Assembly: GCF_018977255.1 (NCBI RefSeq)
Contig: NW_024704742.1
Coordinates: forward strand, 138,324,001 to 138,388,000
Origin: Callorhinchus milii
Taxonomy: Eukaryota
Direction: 5' to 3'
Length of the DNA stretch: 64,000 nucleotides
Shown: positions 13,771-27,300 of the stretch, in pieces
Layout: each line of letters starts with the position of its first letter
Numbering within the stretch: the first letter of the stretch is position 1
Made by a program: the position numbers and the translations under genes
The notes under the pieces: generated by a model
What the model was told of the DNA's origin: nothing
What the model saw: the letters and a program-made list of their open reading frames with translations, nothing else
The model's database searches: none

Positions 13771-14087
13771 GGAGTCCTGTAGCTCAGTGGTTAGAGCACT
13801 CGCTTTGCAAGTGAGAGACCTGAGTTCAATGCCAGGCAGAGGGCGAAACCTTGGGCAAGTTTCCTTACTCCACACGTCTAATAATAATCCCTCCAAAAAC
13901 AATAATAAATTGGTCATTTTCAATCTACGACTGTTTGTGGGACATTGCTGTGCGCAATTGGCTGCCGCGTTCGCCCACAAATATACAGTCAATTCACTTT
14001 ACAGTGTGTTCTGTGAAGCGCTTTAGGACGTCCTCTCGACGTGAAAAGCGCTATATCAAATGCAAGGATTATTATTATTATTATTAT
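13771..14087 (+). mobile_element. SINE, short subfamily
   Basis: Near-identical to the copies at 1512, 9581 and 35653. Confidence 0.9.
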
Positions 14088-14951
14088 CAATTCTGGTTCC
14101 AATGGACCATTACTTCTCATGTGTCTGCATAACAACTTTTTCTTTCTATCAGTACTGGATCCTATTTTTAGATCCTTATTTGTCTAATTTATGGAGTCAG
14201 ACACATGTTTGAAAGGAAGGCCTGTCTTAGGACCGAGCCTTCGGTCACCTTCCTACCCCAAATAATAATAACCCTTGCATTTGATATAGCGCCTTATCAC
14301 ATCTTCGAGACTTTTCACAGAATATACAGAAAATACTGTGAATTGACTGTATATTTTGTGACCGAAATGCGGCAGACAATTGTGCACAGCAGTGTCCCAC
14401 AAACAGTCGTGGATTGAGTGAACAAATTATTATTTTTTTCAAGGGATTATTACCCCGGGAAAAGCGATGCACCTTTTTACTAACAATCGAGTTCTGACTT
14501 GCTGCTGGTAAACAGAGGCGTGTGGCGTAAGGGAATGCCTAACGTCTTGCCCTGCCTGGAAAATGAACCCAGGTGCTGTCACTGGTGAGGCGAGTGCTCT
14601 AACCACTACGCTGCAGGACTCCTACCCTCCACCGCTCCTGATCCCAACTCCGGCTCGGGTCCAAATTGTTGACTGTCCAGAGCCTTGGGACGTCCCCCCA
14701 CCGAGAAAGGTGCTGTGTAATGTGTTGTTATTATGTGCTCAGTTTCTTAAGCATTCATGATTTGTAAGCTTGCATGTGTGCGCGTGTGCACTTGTTGCAC
14801 AAGTGTATATCTTTAGGAGGGGCTAATTTTGTGGTCCAGTTGGTTTAAATCCCCATGTTGAGGGCTTTGAGCCCACAGTCCAAGCTGATACTCCAGGGAA
14901 GCGCTGTGTTGCTGGAGGTACCAACCTTCTCATGAGGGGTTAAACCAGTCC

Positions 14952-14988
14952 AGTTCTGATGAAGGGTCGTGGACCCGAAACGTTGACT
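14952..14988 (+). ncRNA. Minimal type I hammerhead ribozyme motif (Penelope-type)
   Basis: AGTT-CTGATGA-A-GGGTC gtg GACCC-GAAA-C-GTT-GACT. Confidence 0.5.
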
Positions 14989-15166
14989 CACTTTCCTTTC
15001 TAAGCAACCTGTCCTCATAATTTAACCCTTTTATCCGTGGCATTATTCTGGTGAACTCACCCCATTGTGAGCAAAATGGCTTGTCTACACCATATAGTTG
15101 CTGCATTTGAACATTTATGTAAAAAAAATTAATAGTGGAAAAAATCTTTTTGTTTCAGTGAATTCC

Positions 15167-15301
15167 ATGGTGAAGGATTCTGTCGTTTATTTCCTCTGGA
15201 ACCGATCGACAGCAACAACAACAAGTTGCATTTATATAGCGCCTTTCAAGTCAGAAAGATGTCCCAAAGCACTGGAACAACGACCGAGGGTGGAACAATG
15301 A
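15167..15301 (+). other. uORF (44 aa) whose TGA overlaps the main ATG (ATGA)
   Basis: ATG at 15167 lies inside the exon starting at 15159; stop at 15299-15301. Confidence 0.6.
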
Positions 15302-15364
15302 AGTTGTTTGTGTTTTTAGTACTTTTTTTATTTGAGTCACATTTGGCAAGTGGACAGAATGGAG
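15298..15364 (+). CDS. Coding exon 1: signal peptide [22 protein letters not shown]
   Basis: acaATG context, hydrophobic core, donor G|GTAAGT in phase 1 matching the next exon; likely acceptor ttttgtttcag at 15158. Confidence 0.8.
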
Positions 15365-18300
15365 GTAAGTATAATAATAATAATCTTTGCATTTGACATC
15401 TCAAAGCACTTCACAGAATACACTGTAAAGTGAATTGACTATGTATTTTGTGGGTGAAACACGACACCCAGTTGTGAATGGCAGTGTCCCACAAACAGTC
15501 GTGGATTGAATGACTAAATTATTAGTTCATGAATTATCCAAAATTACACCCCATCTTAAAATTTAATACCTTGATCTTAAGCCACAGAATACTAAATAAT
15601 AATCCTTTTTTTGATATAGAGCCTATAATGCCAAAACATTTCCAAATGAGTCACAGGTCATTGCTCTAAGGCATAGTGATATTTTGTTTATAGGAAGGTC
15701 AGCCAATTTATGCACAGAAACTTCCCCCAATCATGATGTGGATGATTGATTTATCTGGAGGATCGTTGGGCATGATACCAGGAGAAACATGTCTTTTCCA
15801 ATTGTGTTGCCAGATCTGTAAAGTTGCCCTGAACAGCTCACTTCACTCCTCCCAACACAGCATCCCTTCCCTCATTACCGCATTGGAGGGTCAGGCCTGG
15901 CTGGGTTGTGAGCTCAAGTCCTCACATGGGCCTTCACAATCTTCATAATAATAACAGTAATAATCCTTGCATTTGATATAGCCCCTTATCATGTCTTTGA
16001 GACGTCTTAAAGGGCTTTACAGAATATAGTGTAAAGTAAATTGGCTGTGTATTCTGTGGGCCAAACGCAGCAGTCAATTGCCCACAGCAGTGTCCCACAA
16101 ACAGTCGTGGATTGAGTGACCAAATTTTTTTAAAATTATAATTTTTGAAAAGATTAGTATCCCTGGAATGGTGATCTACTAATCAACTAACAACTGGGTT
16201 CCTACTCACTGCTGGTAAACAGAGGCATGTGGAATAAGGAAACTTGCCCAGTGTTTTGCCCTACTGGGAATCGAACCCAGATCCTCTCGCTTGTGAGGCG
16301 AGCGCTCTAACCACTGAGCTACAGGACTCCACTGCATTGAGGACAGATGCCTAGGAATTTGCAGTTGGTGGAATAGTTGGTTTGTCAACAAACACACATT
16401 TCTGACAGTAAAATACAGACTATTGTTTCCATGTGTTAAGTGTGGAGAAAGCAAAATAAACTGTTTTCATAACCAATCAGTCCACCCAAGTCAGTTTGAA
16501 GCCTGCTAAGCCAGGCTATAAGGCTATAATACGTACGGGATAGATTGTCTTTGTATCTTTGCAGCCTGTGTCCTCTCCCACACAGGCTCTGTAGCCTGAC
16601 ATCACACACATCCTCACTCAGATCCATTGGCTCCCCAACCCACAGCGGATCAAGTTCAAGATCCTCTTTCGCACCTTATAAATCCCTTCAATGTCTCACC
16701 CCACAGTATATAGTCTGGGATGTGACATGTGCAACCTCCTTCAACCCTACCAACCTGGCCACTCCCTTCGCTCAGCGAACACCAACCTGCTGCACCAGGA
16801 TCTGGCCTGCTTCACGTCCCCTGCCTCACTCGCCCCACTATCAATGGGCAGGCCTTCCGCCACTCTGCACCTATCCTCTGGAACTCCATCCCACAGTCCC
16901 TCCGTCTCGCCTCCTCCCTCGCCACCTAAAGACCCACCTCGAGACCCTCCTCTTCGACCGTGCTTTCGATCTATCTGCGCCCCCCCCACCCCTAGCCCCC
17001 CCCCTTCCCCATCCCGACCCTCAGCTCGGTTCCGTAACTCTGTCTGTCCAGGGCCTTGGGACGTCCTTCCAACGTGAAAGGTGCTATACACATGTAATTT
17101 TGTTGTTGTTGTTGCTGCATGCCTTCTACCCTCCCTGCCCACATTGGCTGGGAGTCATTCTGCCTCCACTCTCTGGAATTGCATCCCAAAGACCCTCCAA
17201 CTCGCTCCCTCGTCTCTTTCAAGACACACCTCAAAACCTACATCTTTGACCGTGCTTTCGGTCACCGTGTTGCATTTGGAACAGGAAAAGAGCTGGGACA
17301 TGTAACAGCCAATCTGACACCTGAGGCAGGACGCTGTGACTTTCCAAATTGTTTCTACCCAAGCAGCTTGTATTTCAAGCTGGGATGTCTTTCTGGCGGG
17401 ATGGATGTGTCATTTGTTGTGGTTGTTGTTGTACTGGCCTGAACTTATTAATTGCACCAGAGATAGAACCACATTGCTTTCTGTCCACCTTGGCTTTTCA
17501 AGTCACTAACCAGTAGATCACTAGCTCACTGTCCAGCGCTTTGGGACGTCCTCCCGACTTGAAAGGCGCTCTATAAATGGAATCTTGTTGTTGTTGTTGT
17601 AGAGCGATTGGCCCATTGGGAGGACATCTCAAAGTGCTTAAATATCAATGAGATATGTAGGGGGAGAAATAATTAATAATAATAATCCCTGTATTTGATA
17701 CAGCGCTTTATCATGTCGCCAAGACGTCCCCAAGGGCTTCACAGGATATATACTGTAAGTGGATTCACTTTGTATTTTGTGGGCAAAACTCGGCAGCTAT
17801 GTTACAAACAGCCATGGAGTGAGCGATCAATTTTATTTGGAGAGAGAAACTCCCTTCTCTTTTTAAATCTTGCCGCGGGATCTTTAACATCCACCTGAAC
17901 AGGTGGACGGGATCTCGGTTTAACGTCTTGTCCAAAGGACGGCAAACCCACAATTCAATTCCCCCCCACCCCACCCAGCACTGCATTGGAGCATCAGCAT
18001 AGACTGTAATTCAAGTCCAGACGTGGGGCTTGAGCCAACAACCTTCTGACTCAGAGGCGATAGAGAGAGCGTTACCACTGAGCCAGACTGATGCAGCTTC
18101 AAGTTATTGAATAGAAGAGGCTTTGAGTTTATTGCAAGTATAAACAGGACTTTGGCTCCTATCACAAATCATAGTTGATTTATTTTAGGTGATTTACTTG
18201 GCACCAGAATAGCACAATAGAGTGGTGTGGTGGTTTCCATAGTGCAATGTGTAAGCCAGGTCATTGCTGAGTATTCCAGGGCTCTGCTGGTGATGGACCA

Positions 18301-21300
18301 GCCAGCCTGGTTCATCGGCAGGACCTGGAGAGGTAGACTCAGCTCTTGTCAATACTGTGAGTCAAAGCCCTAACGGGGAGGGTGGTCCTAGCTGGACAAG
18401 CAACGGGAAGCCAGGCAGTGCTCTCAATGGCCAAGCTGTGTGGGTTTAGCTGGTTAGACTCCAGCAGTTATCCCAACACGCACTCTGGGCACTCTGGGCT
18501 CCCCCAAGCCTTAGCTTTCACCAACCTGCGCCTAGTACTCTCCAGACTTAGATAAGCAGGATGTGTCTCTCCAGAGAGAAAGTGCGCATTCCATTCCAGA
18601 CACAGAGAAATTTCATGCGTAGGTGGGAAACATATGTAGAATTCTCATGTTTGGCATTGGATACTTGTCACCATGATGAAGGGTTCCTATATACCCACAC
18701 CTGGAATGTAATAATAATCCTTGCATTTGATATAGCGCTTTTCATGTCTTCGAGACGTCCCAAAGCGCTTCACAGAATATACTGTAAAGTGAATTGACTG
18801 TATATTTGTGGGCGAACGCAGCAGCCAATTGTGCACAGCAGCGTCCCACAAACAGTCATGAATTGAAAATGACCAATTTATTATTGTTTTGTTGTTTTGG
18901 AGGGATTATTATTAGGCTCTGTGTGGAATAAGTGGGACACTGTTGTGCGCAATTGGCTCCCACATTCCGTCCACAAAATGTGCAATTTTACAGCATCCAA
19001 TTCACTTTACAGGATAATCTGTGAAGCACTTTGAGACGTCTCAACGACGATGTAATGCGCTGTATCAAATGCAAGGATTCAGTCAATTCACCTTACAATA
19101 TATATGCCAAGAGAAAGCAAGTTACGTCAGGACAAGTAACCATTTCTGGAGGCTGATGCTTTATGTATTTAGCGCCGTCTACTGTCAGATTGATATAATG
19201 CATAAGAAGGGCACACAGACAGAGGCTCGTAATGCCACCTTGTGCAGAATAGTGGAAAATTCTTAGTCAGGAACTGGGAGCTGCTGTGAAATTTCAGGCC
19301 TTGGGCATCAAACATCCCTTAACAACAGCAGCAGCAAAATTACATTTATATAATCCTGTAATCCTGTAATTTAGTGGTTAGAGCACTCGCGAGCGAGGGG
19401 ACCTGGGTTCGATACGTTGGGCAAGTTTCCTTACTCCACACACCTCTGGTTATCTAGCAGCAGTAAGTAGGAACCCGGTTGTTAGTCGATTGGCAGATCA
19501 CTTTCTGGGGGTAATAATCCCTTCAAAAAAATAATAAATTGGTCACTCAATTTATGACTGTTTGTGGGACACTGCTGTATGCAATTGGCTGCCGCGTTTC
19601 ACCCACAAAATACACAAAGTCAATTCACTTTACGGTGTATCCTGTGAAACGCTTTGAGACATCTCAACGACATGACTAACAATCAGATTCCTACTTACTG
19701 CTAAGTATCCAGAGGAGTGTGGAGTAAGGAAACTTGCCCAACATTTCGACCTGCCTGGGAATCAAACCCAGGTCCTTTCTCTTGCGATACACATTACAAT
19801 GCATTACTGTTGTATTATTGTACTAACTGTGTGTTTCTGTAGATCCTCCAGAAGCACCTACTGATCTACGTTGCCTATCCCAGAGCCTCGCCACTATCGT
19901 CTGTTCATGGAACCCAAACACAAGCCTCGATACTACCTACACTGTCTGCCAGGAGTGAGTCTTTATTACTTTCCAATGGGGCAGTTCGGAAGCCCTCGAA
20001 CAACAAACATGTGCCTCTTACCATCCGCTCACTGCTGGGAAGAACAGCCCATGACTTCTCTCAATTCATTGTGAAAGCGCCAATTCGATTTCAAGATCCT
20101 CATCTTTGCCTTCAAATCCCTTCATGTCCTGGCACCTCCCTATCTCTCCGACCTGCTTGTTCCCCAACCCACTATCCGCTTCCTCCCCTTGACTGGCTCA
20201 GGCCTCCTGCATGTCCCTTGTCCCCTCCGTTGCACCATTGTTAGCAGCGCTTTCAGCCACTAAGCCCAGAAACTTTGGAACACTCTTCCCCTATCCCTCC
20301 GCCTTGCCCTCTCCTCCCCCATCTTCAGATCACGCCTGAAGACCTTCCCCTTCGACCGTGCCTAAGGTCATTTCCCCTCCCCCTGGCTTGGTATCAAGCT
20401 CTAGGACGCTGCCCTGTGTGAGGGGCGCTGTGTAAATGCAAGTTATTGTTGTCGTTTTCTTTTGGCGTGTGTGTTTCTCAGACTATAGCATTCAGGTAAT
20501 TATCAAAAAAAAGATCAAAATAGCCTCTCTGCCCCCACCCTTTGAAACTTCATCCCACAGTCTCTTTGCCTCGCCTTCTTCTCCTCCTTCAGGCATGTCT
20601 CAAGACCCTCCTCTTCGACCGCGCCTTCAGCCACCCTCCTACCCCTCCCCTCCCTCCCCTCCACACCTCCTTCGAGGTTGTCCAGCATCTTGGGACGTCC
20701 TCCCAATGTGAAAGGCTCCGTGTAAATGTAATGTGTTGTTGTTGAATGAGATATGTTTAGTGTTTACAAGCTGTATTGTGTTTTACTCTTCGTAGCAGTT
20801 CAAGAAAATGCACCTCAGTGGGAAGAAACACCTCTGTTGAATTACAGTTTTCTCTGTTCAAGACTTTGCAAATAAGAATCATTGCTAATAATTCCCTGGG
20901 CACACAGGAGTCGGATATATTTACAGTGAACGAAAGCAATATCGGTAAGTATTCTTAGTCTCTAAGAAACCAGTCGAAGTCTGAAGGGATGTGTGGAAAG
21001 TGGGATCCTGTAGTGTAGTGGTTAGCGTGCTCATCTCGCAAGAGGGAGGACCAGCGTTCAATTCCCAGGGCAGGGCAAGACCTTAGGCAACTCCCTTGGC
21101 TCGGCCTCGGGCTCCGCCACTGTTAATCGCTCCGAGACGCCTTCCAGCATGAAGGGCGCTATGTAAATGCGAGTTGTTGTTGTTGTAACTTGCTTGGCTG
21201 TTTATCTTGGATCTTGTGTTTCAGTGTTTCAGCCTCACACACCGCGTATGGTCAGGGTGTTCAGAGAGGAATCAGACCTGGAGCTGCTGGTGGAGTGGAG

Positions 21301-24300
21301 CGATGGTGCTGATATGTACAGCTTTGATTTAAATCTCCTGTTCCAGATCCAGGTCATCCAAACACAGAGCCTGAAGGAGGTCGGGACAGTAAGTCACATT
21401 ACACCTCAAGAAAATTTAAGCACGACTTTCATCGTCCATGTTTATTAGCAAATATTATTGTAGTCCTGTAGCTCAGTGGTTAGAGCACGTGCCTCGCAAG
21501 CGAGAGGACCCGGGTTCGATTCCGGGCAGCGTGAAATGTTCGGCAAGTTTCCTTACTCCACACAACTCTGTTTACCAGCAGTGAGTAGGAAGCCAATTGA
21601 TTTGTGGGGGTAATAATCCCTCCAAAAATATAAAAATAAAAAAAACATGTGGCCACTTAACTCACAATCTGCTTAATCTTATGAAATGGTGAATCACTTC
21701 ATGGGCCAAATGGTCTCCTCCGTTCTATTCCGATATTACGATTGTGTTTCCGTGGGATAAAACGCAGTATGTAGTTTGGGACACGGCATGTCAAACAACT
21801 GCAGGATGGTGGAAGGCGAACTGCATGAACCTTGGTCTTCTTTTGCCAATAAAATTCTTAAGTTCTGCCCCAAAAGGCTGTGGATTATGGCTGGATCCAT
21901 TCACATTGTCCAGAATGAGGTGGAGAGATGTTTGTTAGGTCAGGGGATCCAGGGATATGGGCAAGGGCGGGTAATTGGAGATGAGGTACAGATCAGCCAT
22001 GGTCTTATCAAATGGTGGAACAGGCTCGAAGGGCTGAATGGCCTCCTCCTGTTCTTATATATATATGCATCCAGTTCCTGTTTGGATTTTAGGGACTTCT
22101 GATAAAAAAAAGTCTGAGAGCATTTGTCAATAGCCTCTAGTGTACAGAGGCTGCTGCCTTGAGAATTGAATCACCAGTTCCTGGGTTTGTTACTGCAGTT
22201 TCCAACAGCTTTGGTTGGTTCTTGCAGGGGAATCGCAGTGTGACTCTGAACCCTGGACATAACCGAATACTGCAGTGGAGCTGGCTGACAGAGATGCCGT
22301 TACAATGCACGTCTCACTCTGTGAGAGTCCGCTGTATCAGCAATGAACCTCAGTACCTGTTTGCTGGGATCAAAGCTTGGAGTGACTGGAGCCCGTGGTC
22401 AACATTGGATGGTAAACTGCTCATTCACCTTCATCTCCATCTCTATCCTGCGGACTGGGGGTGGGAGGGGTGGAAATGGGCTGTGGAATCTTGTAGTCAG
22501 TGGTTAGAGCACTTGCTCGCAAGTAAGAGGACCTTGGTTCGATTCCGGGCAGGGCAAAACGTTAGGCAAGTTTCCTTACTTCGCAAGCCTCTGTTTACCT
22601 AACAGTAAATAGGAACCCTGTTGTTAGTCGATTGGCAGATCGCTTTCCGGGAGTAATAGTCCCTTCAAAAAAAAAAGAAGAATTTGGTCACTCAATCCAC
22701 GACTGTCTGTGGGACGCTGCTGTGCACAATTGGCTGCCGCGTTTCGCCCACAATATATACAGTCAATTCAGGTTACAGTATACCCTGTGAAGCGCTTTGA
22801 GACGTCTCAAAGACATGATAAGGCGCAATATCAAATGCAAGGATTATTATTATTAATCGTGAGTCCATAGAAATAGAGAGGGGTGGGGGGAAGGGGGAGG
22901 GGAGATTATAGAGTTGACACCGTTGTTGTTATTCTTTCTGCAGGAGAGGATGTGTCCAATCAAACCAGTAACCATATCTACCCTAAAGACGCGATCGTCC
23001 TGGAAGCAGGAACCAATATGACATTTTGCTGCATCGCTGGTGTGGGAAGTTTTGTTAAAAGACTCACTTATCACAACTATCTGATACCACTGATTAAACT
23101 GAGCAACAGGAGCACTGCCATCGAAGTGAAGAATCTGACATTCCTCTTAGAAGCCGGAGGCAATGTGTTTTGTGAGCTATCTTCAGATATCACGGGAGCA
23201 GTTATATTTGTTGGAAGTACGTATGTCAGTGAGGGGCCTGAACTTATAGAAACTCTCAGAAAGCCACTCAGGGCTTGAGTAGAATCATAGAGTCTTATAA
23301 CACAGAAAAAGGCTGTTTGGCCCATTGTGGCTGTGTTGGCTCTTTGAAAGAGCTACCATCTAGTCCCATTCCCCCACTCTTACCCCATCTAGTCCCACTC
23401 CCCCGCTCTTACCCCATCTAGTCCCACTCCCCCGCTCTTACCCCATCTAGTCCCACTCCCCCGCTCTTACCCCATCTAGTCCCACTCCCCCGCTCTTACC
23501 CCATCTAGTCTCACTCCCCCGCTCTTACCCCATCTAGTCCCACTCCCCCGTCTTACCCCATCTAGTCCCACTCCCCCGCTCTTACCCCATCTAGTCCCAC
23601 TCCCCCGCTCTTACCCCAACTAGTCCCACTCCCCGCTCTTACCCATCTAGTCCCACTCCCCCGCTCTTACCCCATCTAGTCCCACTCCCCCGCTCTTACC
23701 CCATCTAGTCCCACTCCCCTGCTCTTACCCCAACTAGTCCTACTCCCCCGCTCTTACCCACAGCCCTGCACATGAGATGGCAGAAGGTAGTTTCCTCCAA
23801 TGTTCTGGCCAATAATCCCTCAGATACATTGGTCACTTTGGGGCTGATGGTGGGAAATTGCTCTGTGCAAAATCTCTGCTTTGATTGTCTTCAAACACAC
23901 TCTCTACACTTACAGCAATGACACAAGACTTTCTTTGAAACATATTGATATCTTTAGATTTGATATAGTGCCCTTCACATCAGGTACATGTATCAAAGGG
24001 CTTCATTAGATTTACTTCTAAACCATATAGGTCTCTCCGCTCCATGTAACCTGCTCGGCCCTTCCCGCCATCGGTGGTCAGGCCTTCAGCTTCTCTGCTT
24101 TTGGGACCATATCTCACAGTCCTTTCGCCTCGCCACCTCCCTTGCCTCTTTCAAAGCTTGCCTCAGGACCCTTCTCTTCGACTGTGCCTTTGGTCACTCT
24201 CCTACCCCTACCCTTCCTGCCCTCCACCCCTCCTGATCCCAACCTCCAGCTCGGGTCCAATCCCTGACTATCCAGGGCCTTGGGATGTCCTCGCAACATG

Positions 24301-27300
24301 AAAGACGCAATACTAATGTGATTTGTTGTTGTCGTTAAGTGTAGTGACTGTAATTTGTAGGTAATTTGGGTGGAGAGCTCCAGTGTAAAAAGAGCAGGGA
24401 ATGGAGCTAACTCCAGATAGAGAGCCTGCGATGACTGTCAAACCCCAGTGATTGTAGGGGAAGAAGACCTGACAAGCCTCTCATTGCAATTGCTCACACA
24501 CACAGCTCTGTCCCTTTGTGGACTATTTCCCCTTTTCTAAACCACACGTACCAGGCCCGTCTCAAACTTGCCAACTTACTTTCATCTCCAAAGTCCTGGA
24601 ATGTATTGTTGCCAACCAACTTTGCTCACACTTTGCTCCAGTGCCTACTCGAGCCCTTCCTGTCTGGTGTCCACCCTGTCCACTGTACGGAGACAGTGAT
24701 TTTGTCAAAATCACACCCACAACCACACTAACACAGCTGAAACCCTTATCCATGCAGTTGTCACCTCACTCCTCGATTTTTCCCCTCCTTCCTCACCAAT
24801 CTCTCCAGCTCCACCATTTAATGCAAAATTCCGACATCCAGCAAACTACAGCAAACTCCATCCCCCCATTATCCCAATCCTTGTCAGGCTCCACTGGCTC
24901 CCTATTGCAGAATGGATCGATTTGATCCTCACACTTGCATATAAATCACTAGATGCCCTGCCACCTCCCTAACTCTCTGGCCTGCTTACTCACCAACCCA
25001 CTACCCGCCCCCCTCTGCCTCAATCCCTCTGCATGGTCCGACTACAGATCGCCTCTGAAGACCTTCCTCTTTGGCCGTGCTTATGGGCAGCTCCCCTCTC
25101 TCCCAAGCTCAATGTCAGGCTCTTCCACTGTTAAGCCCTCCAACACACTACCCCTCATGAAGGTAGCTATATAAAACCAAGTTGTTTGTTCCAGGGTCGG
25201 TAAAGTTCCCCTCCTCGTTTTATCAAATTGTCCGCTCCCTCCACTCAACAGGCTCCAGCCTGCTCCATGTCCCCTCCTGGCTCGCCCCACCATCGGCGGT
25301 CAGGCTTTCAATCTCTCTGCCCCCACCCTCTGGAACTCCATCCCCCATTCCCTATGCCTCGCTCCCTCCCTCGCCTCCTTCAAGACCCTCCTCTTCGACC
25401 GTGCCTTTGGCCACCCTCCTACCCTCTCTGCCTTCCACCCTCCTTGATCCTGATCCCCATCTCGGGTCCTAATCCCTGACTGTTCAGCACCTTGGGACAT
25501 CCTCCCGACATGATACGCGCTTTAAAAATATAATTCTGTATTGTACTGTGTCTGAGTTTGTGTCTAGAGGGAGAGGGACAAGAGTAGAGACAAACTGGTT
25601 GTTGGCTGGTTAAAGACACACTTTAATCTTAAAGCAAATACTGCAGTTTGGAAATCTGAACTAAAAACAGAAATCGCTGGGAACACTCAGCAGGTCAGGC
25701 AGCATCTATGGAAAGTTCTGACAAAAGGTCAACAACCTGAAAACGTTACCTCACTTTCCTCTCTCCATAGATGCTGCCTGACCTGCTGAGTATTCTCAGC
25801 AACTTCTATTTTTATTACACTTTAACGTTAACTGGCCGAAGGGAAAAAGCACAGTCATTGATGGCAAATATTCTCTTCCACAGGTCACCCCGACGTCCCA
25901 CAGAATCTGACCTGTGAAACACGGGACTTGAAGACTCTGAATTGTACCTGGGACCCGGGAAGATTTACGGGACTGACTGCAGAACGCAATACAATCTACA
26001 CTCTCAGTCACGGGTATGATTCTCTCTCAGCATCTTCTTCAGCTTTCCATTTTCTCCTCTCCCCTCTCGTCCCTGAGGTTTGAGCTAACTTTCTTCAGTT
26101 GAACGTCAACAAGACCGAGGCTCCTGATTGTCTCCGGTCAGCGCCTTCTCACCTCAGGCGCTGACAGCATCACTATCCATGGGGCTCACTCCCCCTCACT
26201 GAGCCAGTCCAGGAACCTTGGGGTCTTGTTTGATCCTCAACTATCCTTTCTACCCCACATCTGCACCATGACCCGCTCTGCCTTCCCCACCTCCGCAACA
26301 TCCCCCGGCTCCCCCACTGTCTCACACCGCAGCCCCAGAGACCCTCACACACGCCTTCATTACATCTAGGCTCCACTATGAAAACTCCCTCCACAGGCTG
26401 CAAATCATCCAGAACTAACTCTGCAGCCCGTGTCCTCACCCCCACCAGCTCCGTGATCCCATCACACTCATCCTCAACCCCACCAGGCTCCGTGACCCCA
26501 TCACCCCCATCCTCGCCCGACTCCACTGGCTTCCCATCACACAGAGGATACAGTTCAAGATCCTGGTCCTCACCTTCAAAGCCCTCCATGGTCTTGCTCC
26601 TCCCTACCTCCAACTTCCTAAACCCTACCATCCTGCTCGTTCTTTCTGGACAGTTTCGCTTCCCCCGCCTCGCCCACCCCACCATTGGCGGGAGGGCCTT
26701 CCGCCACTCTGCCCCGCCCTTTGGAACGCCATCACGCAGTCCCTTCACCTTGCCCCCTCCCTCGCCACCTTCAAGACCCATCTCAAGACCCTCTTCTTCG
26801 ACCGTGCTTTTGATCACCCTCCTTCCCCCTGCCCTCCACCCTCCCCAACCCGACCCCCAGCTCGGGTCCGAAACACTGACTGTCCAGTACCTTGGGACGT
26901 CCTCCTGACTTGAAACATGCTTTACAAATGTAACTTTATTGTTGTTTACAAAAAAAATAAATAATTTGGTCATTTAATCCACGACTGTTTGTGGGACGCT
27001 GTTCTGCGCAATTGGCTACCGCATTTCGCCCACAAAATATACGACCGATTCACTTTACAGTATATTCTACGAAGCCCTTTGAGATGTCTCAGTGACATGT
27101 TAAGGTACTATATCAAATGCAAGGATTATTATTAGTAGTTATTTAAGGACTCTTCTCTAAAATAATTTGTGGCTCTGCTTCTACTGCGGTTTGTGGCTGA
27201 GAAATGTGTCTTGTCACTACCAGCCTCCTACACAGCGCTCCCGTTTCTAACGTACGTCTCTCATTCCTCAGATCAACATCTCTCACATGTGATAAAGCTT

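Larger units (their letters stand above)
1..14275 (+). repeat. Segmental duplication copy A
   Basis: Near-identical to 48778-64000; offset 48777 at the start and 49725 at the end. Confidence 0.97.

Noticed and set aside
19021..19266. ORF with [11 protein letters not shown] as an alternative signal exon
   Set aside because: It starts in a SINE tail and has no convincing compatible donor; the 15298 exon fits in phase
23356..23760. CRISPR-like array
   Set aside because: Head-to-tail units with no unique spacers, in a eukaryotic intron
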